Translations under genes and position numbers: made by a program
Assembly: GCA_951406725.2 (NCBI GenBank)
Contig: OX597820.1
Span: forward strand, 89,032,001-89,096,000
DNA length: 64,000 bases
Source: Octopus vulgaris
Taxonomy: Eukaryota
Direction: 5' to 3'
In this document: positions 13,744 to 28,700 of the stretch, piece after piece
Layout of the letters: each line of letters begins with the position of its first letter
How positions within the stretch are numbered: the stretch's first letter is position 1
Notes under the pieces: generated by a model
What the model was told of the DNA's origin: nothing
What the model saw: only the letters and a program-made list of their open reading frames with translations
Databases searched by the model: none

Positions 13744-16700
13744 CTGAAAAAAAAAAAGAGAGGAAAAATAAAAAACTTGATTGAAAACAAAAACAAAGAA
13801 AAATATAAAGATACAATATAAAACGAAAAGAAAATTAATGATAGTTTTTATAAGTGCAGCAGGTGTGGTTGTATGGTAAAATGTATGCTCCTGGGTTGAA
13901 TCCCACAGCATGGTACCTTGGGCAAGTTTCTTCTACCAAAGCCTTGAAACAACCAAAATCTTGATAATAGACTTAGTAGACAGAAACTGAAAGAAGCTCA
14001 AGTGTGATCGTTACCTGCATCGCCTTACTAGCACTTGTGCTGGTGGAATGTGAAAAACATTTGAGTGAGGTCATTGCCAGTGCCGCTGGACTGGCTCCTG
14101 TGCAGGTGGCACATGAAAAGCACCATTTGAGCATGGCTATTGCTAGTACCGGCTGACTGGCCTTCGTGCCGGTGGCACGTAAAAGCACCCACTACACTCT
14201 CGGAGTGGTTGGCATTAGGAAGGGCATCCAGTTGTAGAAACTCTGCCAGATCAAGATTGAAGCCTGATGCTGCCATCTGGTTCATCAGACCTCAGTCATA
14301 TCATCCAACCCCTGCTAGCATGGAAAGCGGACGTTAAACGATGATGATGATGATAATGATAGAGAATATGGAAACTGGTATATCCTCAAAATTTATTTCC
14401 TTTTATTCTATTGTATGTCACACAATATATTTTTATGGTTATGACAACCTACACATGTCTCTGCTGCACAGAGTATGAGCAGTTACATACACAACTGGGC
14501 TTAATTTTCAGTGCAGCTTTGTTCAGGGTCTTTCAACCAGCTTGGCTCAAAGCAAACTGAATTCAGTTATTTATTTATTGGTTAGGACTCAGGAGGATGT
14601 GAAGGGAGGTTAGTTTGAATCTAAAATTTGATATTGTTGTAAGATTCTACGGTTGACCTTGATTTCACACCAGCTGATGGCCGAAGTTGGGATTCCGTAT
14701 AATTAGGTCAAAGTTCGGTCAGTTGTGAATATATCTGGAAAAGAAGCACACTCTAAAACATTGGAGTTGTAATATTTAGAAGGTTGTTTGTTATGGCCAA
14801 TCAGAGAGTAACCATTGGTTTCTCACCTATAAGGCACTTGGCTATATAGGCTAATTTGAGTCTAATGTGTTGCCTATACAGCTAAGCACCTATAGGTGTG
14901 AAATCAATGGTCACTCTCTGGCCAGCTATTATTACACCCTTGATGTTAAACTTGGTCAAATGTGGGAGGGCTGAGAGTGTGTCTTTATCTGCCAATGACT
15001 ACATGGGCATCAGAAACAATTAGTGAAAGTATGGTACATGATAACAGGTCTCATTTGTCTGCAAGTGCTGGTTATGATCTAATCAAAGGAAAACAGGCAC
15101 AGCCCATTACTCATTCTAGGATCTCTGTGAATGAGGGAAAGGAAAAAGTTGTCCTCAGACCGGTGACTTGGTCTGAATGCTTAAAAGAGAGGGTCCCTAC
15201 TAAGTAGATTAAATATACCAACCAGTGTGAACATCTGTTGGTGAATGTCACCAGAAAAAAGATCATGGAAAATAATGAAATTGCAAATTAATTATTAATC
15301 ACTTTTAATTATGAAAGAACATTGTCGAAATACTTAACAATAATACTGTCCATGGTATTTGTATTAAATCATTTCTGGCATGTCAAGGTGCATGGCTTAG
15401 TGGTTAGGGTATTCAGCTCATGATCGTAAGGTCATGAGTTCAATTACCAGAGGTGCATTGTGTCCTTGAGCAAGACACTTATCTCACTTAGCTCCATTTC
15501 ATTCATCTGGCAAAAAAGAGTTGCACCTGTAATTCAAAGAGCCGACCTTGTCCCATTCTGTGTCATGCTGGATTTTCTTGAGAACTGTGTTAAGGGCATG
15601 TGAATCTGTAGAGTCTGTAGAGTGCTCAGCCACTTGTTCATTAATTTCGTGAGCAGGCTGTTCTGTTGATTGGATCAACTGGAGCCCTCGTCATCTTAAT
15701 GATGGAATGCCAGTCAATTTTGGTATGTTGTGCAACCAACTTGCTTCCCCGAGGAGGCTTGTCTCTAATGAACTTAACATGACAGAAATTAGAAATAAGT
15801 GCTGGTTCTATGGATCTTAGACATTAGATTTCTGTATTTCAATGATGTGGTAGTGAGTGAATTGGCTAAACGGAGGCTGAAGTGGGAATGTCTATATCAA
15901 AGTAAAAAAAAAAAAACCAAAGCTTATATAAAGAACTGAACTCTGAATTATAAGCTAATGAAACTCTCATTCAATGTATAGGAAGTTTATTATGTCATTT
16001 TGGATACATTGAAGTTAGTGTTCTGGTATCTTTGCCTTCACAACAGATAATAAAGGGTAAAGGTAAAGGTCCCCTTTAGTCATGAATGACCATGGGATTG
16101 CACCTAGAAAGTCACTCTCTGAGATACAAGTCTGGGCAAAGTTGTTTATAGAAGACCAGCAGTGACCCATGCATACCAGCCTCCCCTCAGAATGCCACTG
16201 ATGTTACCCCTTGGATAACATCAGTGGCACGGAGAGGGGAGGTGTTATAAGGTCCTAATTACTTTAGTTGATTGGATCAACTGGAGCCCTCGTCATTTTC
16301 GCTAGGTGTTATAAGGTCCTAATTATTTTAGTTGAGGGTTAAACAAATATGTATATATAGATGAGGTCTGTGAGACCACTCTCATTGTGTAACAACTTCA
16401 CTGAAGTTGGTGTTACAAAAAAGAAAAGTATCCAGTACATTCTGTAAAGATGGTGTTAGAAAGATCACCCAGCTATAGAAACCAAATCAAATATGAAATT
16501 TACAAGTGAGATGTAGTTGTCCACCCTATCAAGGAGAGCAGAAATAAGCTGTCTAACCCATGACACCATGGAGAGCAAAGTCAATGATAATGATGATGAA
16601 GAGAGCAATGATGAAATGAATGTCAAACGTATTCTTACTCCTTCAGGTTCATATTTCTTCCGTCTGTCCATGATCTTTAAGGTGATAGGGCTTAAGAGAT

Positions 16701-19700
16701 AACGTGGCACATCTGAAGGGTCTTGGAATCCTAAAAAAGAGATGAAAAATAAGTAGAACATCTTTATCAACTGCAGCAGTAGTAAGGATGCTGGGTAAAG
16801 CAATGCACCGAAGCTCCTAGACCTGCAAGCTCTCAGGAAAGAGCCCAGTGTGCCTATGCCTTAAAATGGCACTGGTTAGGACAAGGGCAGGTGGATGTGT
16901 GTTGTGCATAAGAAATGTAAAAAAGTGGGTCGGCAAGATTCAACACAGTCAAAGACCATAGTTCTGAATGTGTAGAGGGTATCGAGAAATGAATAGATTA
17001 TATTACTTTCTCTAACCTGTCTTAAACCTCCATGTGTCTAACACACGTGGACATGCCTACATGTGTCTAACCTCCATGTGTCTAACACACGTGGACATGC
17101 CTACAAAGTCAGAAAACAACACAGCTCCCATGACTTTCGGAAACATTTTTTCACGCTCAGAGTTGCTGAAGCATGGAATAAACTGCCTGCGTCAGTTGTT
17201 GACTGCCATGACACTGCATCCTTTAAGGCCCTCATGCTTTCCGAAATCCGCCGAAACTACACCTGATTATATATACACTTTATATGAGTTGTAGTGCACC
17301 TGAGCACTGTACACAATTATTATTATTATTATTATTATTATTAAAGTAAAGAGACCTTCAATGCTCTGGCCTAGAACTAAAACAAGGCCCTGGCCACCAG
17401 CAGTTTTAAGGTTAAGATTAGTTACATGCAGAGGTGGACCCAAGAGGGGGCCTGAGGGGCACGTGTCCCACTCAAGAAAAGAAGTGCACCCTTCTAAATA
17501 ATGTTATTACACCCTTTTTTTCTGGAATAGCATTCCCTTCTGACCTTGTGCCTTCCTTCTGAAAAATTCATGGGATCACACCTGACGTGTGACTGTAACC
17601 CACTGAGAGGAAATTTCAGTGCAATATTTTGTGGTTCAGAAAGCTATCTCTCTGAATATGATCTGCAATCATTTATTTTACCTAATAACTGAGAAAAATT
17701 CTGGATTACATTGTACTGTTGTATAAGATAGTTGAACAACTTACCACCAATAATTTTACTGAATACAATGCCAATTATAATGACCATGGTGATACCTAAA
17801 GGACCATACCAGAAGAAATTGATGCTGTAAAGATTCTGCAATGGCTTTCTGCAAAGACAACAGTAAAAGACCAGTCTCAAGTTAGGAAGTATGAAAAATG
17901 ACATAATTAGTTTTAATTATGTCATTTTACTTCTGTTTAAAATAAATAAGAAAATACAACACTTATGAACAAAAAAACCAAAAAGAAGTAACATAGCACC
18001 TTTACATAGGAACTCCATTTGCTAGAAATAATTAGCTAAATCTTTTTTGAATCCAGTGATTTTAAAAACTGTACAATAGTGCATTGAGGAGAGGAGGCTT
18101 TGTAAACTGACAAAGGGATAATGAATATTAAGGAGGCACTGGTGTAGTGAAAGGGGTTGCAACGTTTTTTAGAAATGAACCATTTAAAACATGTACAATA
18201 CTTATATTCTAAGCACATTAAAAAAAACAAAAAAAAAACTTTTTGCAGACTGAAATATAAGTAGGATGAGTCAAGGACCAGTGTAATTTTATTACATAAA
18301 TTCTTGGCCTTCTGTAATTTCCATAAAAATTTAAAATTTATATAGATGATACATAAATTGGTGTGGGTGTTGGTGGCACATAAAAAGCACTGGTGATGGT
18401 GCCACGTAAAAAGTACTGGGAATGGTGCTAAATAAAAAGCACTGGTGATGGTGCCATGTAAAAAGCACTGGTGTTGGTTCCACATGAAAAGCATCCAGTA
18501 CATTCTATAAAGTGATTGGTGTTAGGAAAGGCATCCAGTTGTAGAAACCAAGCCGAAAAAGACTATAGAACCTGGTGCAGCCCCTGGCCAGTTCCTATCA
18601 AACTGTCCAACCCATGCCAGCATGGAAAACAGACATTAAATGTTAATAATGAGGAGGAAGAAGGCACTAATCCATGCAAATATCTAAAAGGAGCCATATA
18701 GTGGATGGGATAGTATAAAGAAATATGGCTAATAAGCTTCAAGACACTTACCCTAGCTGCCATGCAGTGGGACTGAACCCAGCACCATGTGGTTGGGAAG
18801 CAAGCTTCTTATCATACAGCCACACCTGCATTTATTTTCTATCATTTCATATTTTAGTCACTGGACTTTTATATTTTAGTCAAGCTGGAGCACCAGCTCG
18901 AACAATTTCATTTATTTGACTCCACTACTTTGTACTATTGAATTATGCCCAAAATCACAGACATAAACAAACCAGCATCGGTTACCAAGCAGTTAGAAAC
19001 TAACACAATGATGGGCATTCACACAGTTTCCATCTATCAAATTCATTCACAAAGTATCGGTTGACTTGGGCTACAGTAGAAGACACTTGACCATGATAGT
19101 GGCACAAACCTAGGACCATGTGGTAGCAAGGCTGACTTCTTAACCACACAGCTGTACCTATTCCTAGAAAAAAAACCTGAACAAACAAACAAAAAAAAAC
19201 AAAACATGGATAGTCATATGGTTGGAATGTCTTTCATCATGGGTCTGCTCAGTCAGGATTGACCTGGGGCTGAAAAAACAACAACAGAAATAACTCAATA
19301 GCATTCATAAAATATGTCCAAGAACAAAGGTTTATACTCACGCAAAGTCAGGATTTGGCATCATTGTATTTCCAATGTAAAGTGAAAGTAAGAATGGAAT
19401 TGTTACGATCAAACTCACCAAGGCACCCTAAAAACAAAACAAATATGAATGAGTCTCAGTGACAGCAAGATTAAGGCACTCAACATCTAACTATACAGAA
19501 AGACATTCAAATCACACTACAGCTATTGTAATTGGTGTAACAAGCAAGGTGTGTAACAAAGAATCTGTTGTATGGCCAGTAAATAGGTCACACTGAAACC
19601 ATGCTCTACTTTCTTGAAGATGGAAAGGCATATAGAACAATATAATCCCTGGATGAACAAGAAGAAAAAAAACATGATGGTCATGGATGGAATACTTTAG

Positions 19701-22252
19701 ATTATAAGTTTGCTGGACTAGAGCTGACATGGAGCTAAACAACAATTCTGATTACTCCAGTTTATCTGACTGACAAGTAGGCCCCACTCTCATTTCACAA
19801 TTGACTGGTTAGTAATAGAAAGGGGATTCAACATCAGACAACAACATCTATGTCAGAAGTTTCAAACAAGACCAATTACTGGCTGATTGCATTTATAAGG
19901 GTGACAAGATTGTTAAAGAAATGTCAATGCAACTCAGGTAGAACTAATATCACCCGGATCTTTGAAAGCATTGATTTACTGTTATTAGCTTTTAATATAC
20001 ATGACAAGCATGCATATTAATGCTAATGTGTAAGCATAATTTCTTCCACACCAAAATTATTACTACATGAAAAAGGCTGTAAAACAGTTATAATCCTAAG
20101 GATGTCAAGTGGTGAAATAAATGTATTTGCCTCTCATACCTCCCAACAATTTTTATTTATATAATCTTTATGAAATAAATTTCATTGATCAGATCTTCTG
20201 GATTTCAGCTGCATGGACACTCTATATTATAGTTCTTTATATTGCATTAGTGTGGACTGTTAGCTGAATCTGTGAGAAGAGCTTTCCGTGATAGCTACAT
20301 GGTTCTCTGAATCCATATCTTATACAACAAATTTATATCTATATAGATTATTTAATAAACACAATATGTTTTTATGTGCTGCTATTAGTTTCATGTACTG
20401 AGAGCATGCCAGACAGTAGTTTTTAATATGTCTGGTGTCCAAGCACAATCATCAGGTACTGCCCACATGGCAGTATCTGATGACTGCGCTAGGACACCAG
20501 ATGTGTAAAAAAAATGCTGTCTGGCATGTTCTCAGCACATGAAACTAATAGCAGCACATAAAAATGTGTTTATAAAATAATATTTATCTCTCACCAATTG
20601 GAGTACTTTTTCTGTTGACCTTACCATCACGGAACAGTACTCTCTATATATATCTAAACTATGGGTATATGACAAGATTCATAATTTCTATCTAGCAAAT
20701 TTCACACACAATGTATTGGTTTGCTACAGTAGAAGGCACTAACTGACTGTGTTGAAAGCATTGCTGTTTGGTTAAGAAACTTGTTTCCCAACCATGTGGT
20801 TTCAGGTTCAGTCCCACAATGCAGCACCTTGGGTGTCTTCTACTGAAGCCTTGTGAGTAGATTTGGTAGATGGAAACTGAAAGAAGCCTACTGTAAATTT
20901 ATGTTAAAAAATTACAGTAGAGTCAGCTCGAACAGACAGTCATGTTAAGGTGGCTACAAATATTATATACATACATATAAAGATATATACATACACACAT
21001 ACACACACATATATGCATGCAGAAGCGTGTGATCGTTTCATTGACCACGACAAAGAAAGTTGTCATGGCGATGCCTGCTTAGAAGTCAATGCAGTGTTGC
21101 AGAATAAGTGTATGAATGTTCCAGACGTTTCCAAGATAGCTGAAAAAATGTCTATATTGACGAATGTTCTGGGAGACCCACAACCAGCAGAACTGAAAAA
21201 AAACATCACAGATGTGCATGCAGCTGTGAGGGGAAATCATTGAATCATCATCTGTGAATTATCAGAAGATGTGCAGATTAGTTACGGCTCAGTTCCATCC
21301 ATTATCACTGAAGATTTGGGTAGGAGATGCGTGTCTGCCAAGTTTGTGCCAAAACTGCTTTCAACAGACCAAAAAGACACTTGAGTTTCAGTTGCCCAAG
21401 ATTTCCTTGATCGAGTCAAGAATGATGAGAACTTTCTTGAAAACTTTGCGTAGGCCTCTGAGAAGGTATTGCCAAACTTTTGGCAAAATTTGATGCAGAT
21501 TCTCTGCTCAACTTTCTCAGTCAGGATCAATGTGATGATCACACGCTACACAATTTCCTTCCAAGCACTGCTGTAAACAGTGGAAATAAGCTAAAATGTT
21601 TAAACTTATTGCGCATGTACAGCAAAGATCAAGGTCAATCTGTGCCAAGCGGCTTCACTCTGCATCCTTTAGCTTCGTTACTATGGCAACAGTTCGGATA
21701 CTTATTGATCACAGACTGATATCAAGTAATCTTGTGTCTGGTTGTGAAATTGTGAGAAAATAAAGTTGTGAAAAATTGCATTTATAAATATTAATTTCCT
21801 TACTCTATTTATTGATAATGAATAAATAATGATTTTAGTTTCCTTATTTATTTTTCACTTTTCACTTTTTGATTTCAATTTTTTCATATTTCCTGCTTGA
21901 ATCTCACAAAAATAATCTATCACCCAACTGTAAATCTCAGAACAAATATATTTAATGTAGTGAGCTTAGAAATAGAAATTCTAATGAATTGATAATACAA
22001 CCATAATGAAGTGAATATACTGTTGACTTGATATTAATTCTGATCAAAGAGTACAGTGGAGATAACAGTGAAATATAAATTAATTAGAATTAATTACAAA
22101 CTGAATGTAGGCAATACAGTGACAACTCCAGGCATGTTTCAGTGTTAGTAGACTTCTTCAGCACAGTGTAGCCAAACCGTTGATGCAAGATAAAGGTGAC
22201 ATGATAGCGTGCTTCTTTTTCGGATTTATGATTTACTGACAATTCAGACACA

Positions 22253-22296
<44 letters not shown>

Positions 22297-22704
22297 TACA
22301 TACACACATATTCTCTTTCTCTTTTTAATTCTATAGTAAATTTTGACTGGCTATCTACTTGGTAGCAAGGTTGTGAAAGAAAGTATATTCCTTTAACCAT
22401 CATCCTTTAAATCTTAAGAAGGCCTTGCAGATTTTTATAGTCCCAGATATCATGACTGTAGCATACGAATTAAGGATTTGCCTTCTCTTCCCAAGATCTC
22501 AAGTTCAGCCATACTTTGCTACAGATAGGTTGGTATATATCCTGTTGCTCCTATAATAATGGGTATGAAGTTGAAAGTGTACCTTTGGTACTGGATTTGC
22601 AAGCTCCTTATAACTGGTCCATGCATGTGTGTGTGTGTGTGTGTGTGCGTGTGGGTATGGTGGTAGTGGTGGTGGTGATGATGATGATGATGATGATGAT
22701 GATG

Positions 22705-22739
<35 letters not shown>

Positions 22740-25700
22740 AATGATGAGGATGATGATAATGATCATGAAAATAAAACTTACCCATTTATGAACAAATGGG
22801 AAAAATATCCCCAAAATAAATATTCCAAACATTGGACAACAAAATATTCCATAAAAGGAGAAAGATGCCTGAAAATAAATGAAAACACAACAAATGAAAT
22901 TATATTCAAAGTTATTCCAGAAGACAGAGTTAAGTCTTAATTGATTAAGAATTAATTAGTTTGAATGTGATGCAGTTTCATTTTGTGCCAAGAAAAATAC
23001 TACTGATGCCTTCTTTCTAGCGAGACAACTGCAGGGGTGGTATTTAGCTAAGAATAAGCTGCTGTTCTTAGCATTCATCGACCTGAAGAAAGCATTTGAT
23101 AGAGAAATACAAAGGAAATGTCAGCAAGGTAAGAGTTAGTAATGAGGACAATAATGAATTCAGTATGACAGCTGTAAGGAAAGTGGGCTGCCAACTCTAG
23201 ACTGGGCTAATGGGCAAAGCTGACCTCAGCAGAATTTGAATTCAGTGCACAGAAAGCCTGAATAAATATTGCAACATATTCTAATCAATGCTGTGTATGT
23301 GTGTTTGTTTATACAGGTGTAAACCTGAGGCTGAGATTGCAGCATTTTATGTTAAAAGATAATATATACTGGAGGCAATACTATTTGGTTTAAAACCCTT
23401 AAAGACATGTTCTATCATGACTGCAGTCCAATGACTAAAACTAGTAAAAGAATGAGATAAATGTATTATTCTGTCTTTTTTCAGATTCCCTTAACTTTTT
23501 CTATGACCAATAGAGGATTTGAACTCATTATTACTGAAAGGTAACAGAACAAAGCAGTAGTTCTACAACTATCTGCAATGATGAACTGGAGCTAACTAGT
23601 GGTGTCTATTTATGGTCAAGTGGATGGAACCCCAATGTGAGAGTTTTAACCAATGGACATTGGTTGATAATGGAGACAGAGTTATACTATGGTACTCTAA
23701 CACCGTAGTAATGCAATGCGTGAGGGCACATAGTTTAGTGGTGAGGGTATTTGGCTCATGATCATAAGGTTGTGGGTTCAATTCCTGGTGACACGTTGTG
23801 TCCTTGAGCAAGACACTTTATTTAACCTTGCTCCAGTCCACTCAGCTGGCAAAAGTGAGTTGTACCTGTGATTTAAAAGGCCAACCTTATCACATTCTGT
23901 GTCACCCTGAAGCTCCCTGAGAACTACGTTAAGGGTGCACAAGTTGGTGGACTGATCAGCCACTTGCATATTAATTTCACAAGCTGGCTGTTCCATTGAT
24001 CGAATCAGCTGGAACCCTTGTCCTTGTAACAGAGTGCCAATTATCAATTATCAAAGTAGCTCTACCCCACATTCCATGAATAGAGTTATAAAAAGAACTA
24101 AAGAAAAACTGCTATTTTGTCAGTAAAACCTTACCTTTAAGATGCCTTGCTGATTCTTGATCAAAATGGCCAATCCTATGCACAATATTCCAACAAAAAA
24201 AGCTGAAATTTTAAAATGATTTCAAATAAATTATTATAATTTATATTCTCATTTATTTAATTATTGTTATTGTTGTTTTTTTGGGATGGTCATTTTTTTT
24301 TTGAAAAATAAACAAACGCACTATGCATTTTATCTTCACTCATTTATTACCATTCTTATTTTAACTCATGTCCATTGTTCAGAAATCTTTCATCACACAT
24401 CTGTGACCTCTTCAGTAACACTTTTTGTTTTTGTGTGTGTTCTTGCTCAATTTACTCCATTCTCAGTGTCGCTGAAGAAGTCACAGTTGTGTGATGAAAG
24501 ATTTCTGGACACCTTGTGACTTGCATGCGCATACATGCATACATACATACATGCATACACTCACACACACACACACACATATATATATATGTATATTTAT
24601 TGCTATATTTTCTCCCCCCCCCCCCCCCCCCGCAAACAAACATACTCTGTAATCTGTCTAAGTGTTGTGTCAATTCTATGTGTTGATAATATCTTAACCT
24701 CTACATTATTAACTGAACTTCTATGTTCTGCTTGAGCTTGTTGGTAGAGCTGTGATGAGCCTTTCTTCTCTTTGAGCTCTTGCCAGTGCTTACCTATTTG
24801 TTCCTCTATGTTGCATGCATTGGAGAGATGGCATGTAGCATAGGGGAGTGAATAGGCAAATGGAGAGACAGCATGCAACATAGGGGAGTGAATAGGTGAA
24901 ACATTATCATCATCATCATCATTATCATCATTGTTTAACGTCCGTTTTCCATGCTAGCATGGGTTGGACGATTTGACTGAGGACTGGCAAACCAGATGGC
25001 TGCATCAGGCTCCAATCTGATCTAGCAGGGTTTCTAAAGCTGGATGCCCTTCCTAACGCCAACCACACTGAGAGTGTAGTGGGTGCTTTTACATGCCAGC
25101 GGCACGAGGGCCAGCCTGGCGGTACTGGCAACAGTCATGCTCAAATGGTGTTTTTTACGTGCCATCTGCACAGGAGTCAGTCCAGCGGCTCTGGCAACGA
25201 CCTCACTCAAATGTTTTGTTCACATGCCACCGGCACAAGTGCCAGTTAGGCGACGCTGGTAACGATCACAAACGTATATATACATACACACACACATTTA
25301 TATATATATATATCTTTTTGTACAAGTTAGTCAATACTCCTTGTGATATTTACTTTGAAAAGGCAGGTAACCCTTTTTTAACTTCAGGTAAACTCAGTAA
25401 TTTGGTAAATTGAGTACTGGACCAGACCAGGCTGATGTAAGTGATTGCAATCCGATGGTTAAAAACAATCAAAGAATCAAAGAATACACATATATTATAC
25501 ATATATATATTATAAATAAATATACACACTCACACATATGTATATACAAACACTCCTTAGAGAGTGGATAAATATCTAAGAAAAGAGATCCTAGCTGATG
25601 TTAGTTTTCCAAGACATAATGATGGAACAATGCCATACTAATTGATTAAGAGGCAAGTCAACAGAAGAAGAATTATGTAACTTTGGAAGAATAAGAAACT

Positions 25701-28700
25701 AAAATTTCTTGCAAGTGTCAAAGAAATTGTAAAATAAAATGGAAAGTAAATAGACTTACACAATATACTTGAAGCCACTTCTGAGTTCCGCATTTGTGTA
25801 ATGCATTTTGGCAGTAAGTTTCTGAACAAAACACTATTAGTAGCACTAAGTCCACAGGATATTGAACTGGAAAACCAAATTGTATTGTAAGAAAATTTAT
25901 GATAAATCATATAAAATTATCTGGAGATAAAGAAAAATTGGAGTGACAGAGATGGGGGAATAGAGAATGAGAGAAACAGCTAAAGAAAGAGAAGGTGGGT
26001 AACTAGTTAAATATTGTGCAGAGCTACAAAATTCTGTGTGTGCGTGTATGTGTTTGTGTGCATGTGTGTAAGAGAGAGGGAGGAGAGAGAGAGGGTGAGA
26101 GAGAGAGGGAGAGAGAGTTAGCCAACAAAAAAAACTCCAAGATTGTAAGTCATAATATTTTGGACTAATAGGTGCAGGCATGGCTCTGTGGTGAGAAGTT
26201 TGGTTCTGGGTACAGTCCCACAGTGTGGCATCTTGGGCAAGTGTCTTCTACTAGAGTCTTGTAAGTGGATTTGATGGACAGAAATTAAAAGAAGCCTTTG
26301 TGTACTGTGTACATATATATCACGTCCGTGCCGGTGGCATGTAAAAAGCACCAACTGATCGTGGCCATTGCCAGCCTCACCTGGCACCTGTGCCGGTGGC
26401 ACATAAAAGCACCCACTACACTCATGGAGTGGTTGGTGTTAGGAAGGGCAACCAGCTGTAGAATCACTGCCAGATCAGACTGGGCCTGGTGCAGCCTCCT
26501 GGCTTCCCAGACCCCAGTCGAACCGTCCAACCCATGCTAGCATAGAAAGCGGACGTTAAACGAAGATGATGATGATATGCATGTGTGTATATGTGTGTCT
26601 TTGTGTCTCTGTTTGACCTCCCCACCATCACTACTTGACAACTAGTATTGGTGTGTTTACATCCTCATAACTTATTGGTTTAGCAAGGGAGACAATAGAA
26701 TAAGTACTAGGCTTTAAAGAAAAAAGATACTGGGGTCTATTCATTCACCTAAAATTCTTCAAGGTGGTGCCCCAGCATGGGCGCAGTTTTGTGACTGAAA
26801 CAAGTAACAAATAAAGCTAATTAACCTGAGTTTAGAAGTGAAAAAAATGTTTAATTAATTACATTCTAGAATGCAAAGCATGAACATGAAAACAAACAAA
26901 TTAACTATATATATATGAACAAGTGTGGCTGTGTTGTAAGAAGCTTGCTTCCCAACCACTTAGTTTTGGGTTCAGTCCCACTGCATGGCACCATGGGCAA
27001 GTGTCTTCAACTATAGCCTCGGGCTAACCAAAGCCTTGTGAATGGATTTTGTTGATGAAAACTAAAAAAAGCCTGTCATGTGTATGTATGAATGTGTGTG
27101 TGTATTCATCTATATGTTTGTGTCTTATATTGTTCAGTTCATTCAATTCAATGAACAGAGTCGATCTCATCTCTGTTGAACACAAATTGCATCACACTCT
27201 TCTCATTGTTTATTATTAATATTACCAACAAAAACCACATGGTTCCGGGTTCAGTCCCACTGTGTGGCACCATGGGCAAGTGTCTTCTACTATTGTCTCG
27301 GGCCAACCAAAGCCCTGTGAGTGGATTTGGTAGATGGAAACTAAAAGAAGCCCATCGTATATATGCATATATGTATGTGTGTGTGTGTTTGTGCCTGTGT
27401 TAGTATCCCCAACATCACTTGACAACCAATGTATGTATGTGTGTGTATATGTTTGTGCATCTGTGTTTGTCCCCCAACATCACTTCACAACCGATGCTGG
27501 TGTGATTACGTTCCCGTAACTTAGCAGTTCGGTACAAGAGACCGATAGAATTACTATTAGGCTTACAAAGAATAAATCCTGGGGTCAATTCGCTTAACTA
27601 AAAGTGATGCTCCAGCATGGCTGCAGTCAAATGACTGAAACGAATAAAAGAATAAAAACTCATTTCTGATGCTCAGACATTTAATTCAAAATTGTATACC
27701 TACCTCATTGTAGCATTAAAGACACCTGCAACAAATAGTCCAGCAACACCCACGTCGACCTCCTCCACCATGAATCTAGCAGCTTGCTAAGAAAAAAAGA
27801 AATGACAATCATCATCATCATCAGCATCATCATTTAGCGTCCGCTTTCCATGCTAGCATGGGTTGGACGGTTTAACTGGGGTCTGTGAAGCCGGAAGGCT
27901 TCATCAGGCCCAGTCAGATTTGGCAGTGTTTCTATGGCTGGATGCCCTTCCTAACGCCAACCACTCTGTGAGTGTAGTGGGTGCTTTTTACGTGCCACCT
28001 GCACAGGTGCCAAACAGAGCTGGCAAACGGCCACGAACGGATGGTGTTTTTTTTGTGCCACCGGCACGGGGGCAAGGCGAGGCTGGCAACGGACACGAAC
28101 GGATGGTGCTTTTACAATAACATTTACATTTCAAAATAAACATAGGCGTAGTAGTGGCTGTGCAATAAGTAGCTTGCTTACCAGCCACATGGTTCTGGGT
28201 TCAGTCCCACTGCGTGGCACCTTGGGCAAGTGTCTTCTACTATAGCATCGGGTCGACCAAAGCCTTGTGAGTGGATTTGGTAGACGGAAACTGAAAGAAG
28301 CCTGTCGTATATATGCATATATGTATGTGCATGTGTTTGTATGTCTGTGTTTGTCCTCCCCAACATCACTTGACAACCGATGCCGGTGTGTTTACATCCC
28401 CGTAACTTAGCGGTTCGGCAAAAGAGACCGATAGAATAAGTACTAGGCTTACAAAGAATAAGTCCTGGGGTTGATTTGCTCGACTAAAGGTGGTGCTCCA
28501 GCATGGCCACAGTCAAATGACTGAAACAAGTAACAGAGTAAAAGAGTATAAACACACACACACAGCGGCGCAGAAGCAACACACTTTAAAGGAATTTTAA
28601 GGCAATTTTAAGGTACTCCAATGGTAGAGTAAGAAAACCATGAATCAGGTACTCCATATCAGTCAGAGGGATGTGGACAGTCTGTGCAGTAATTAGTCAA

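Noticed and set aside
24822-24897. Two-copy 40-bp tandem repeat
   Set aside because: Real but an ordinary slippage duplication; no further signal.
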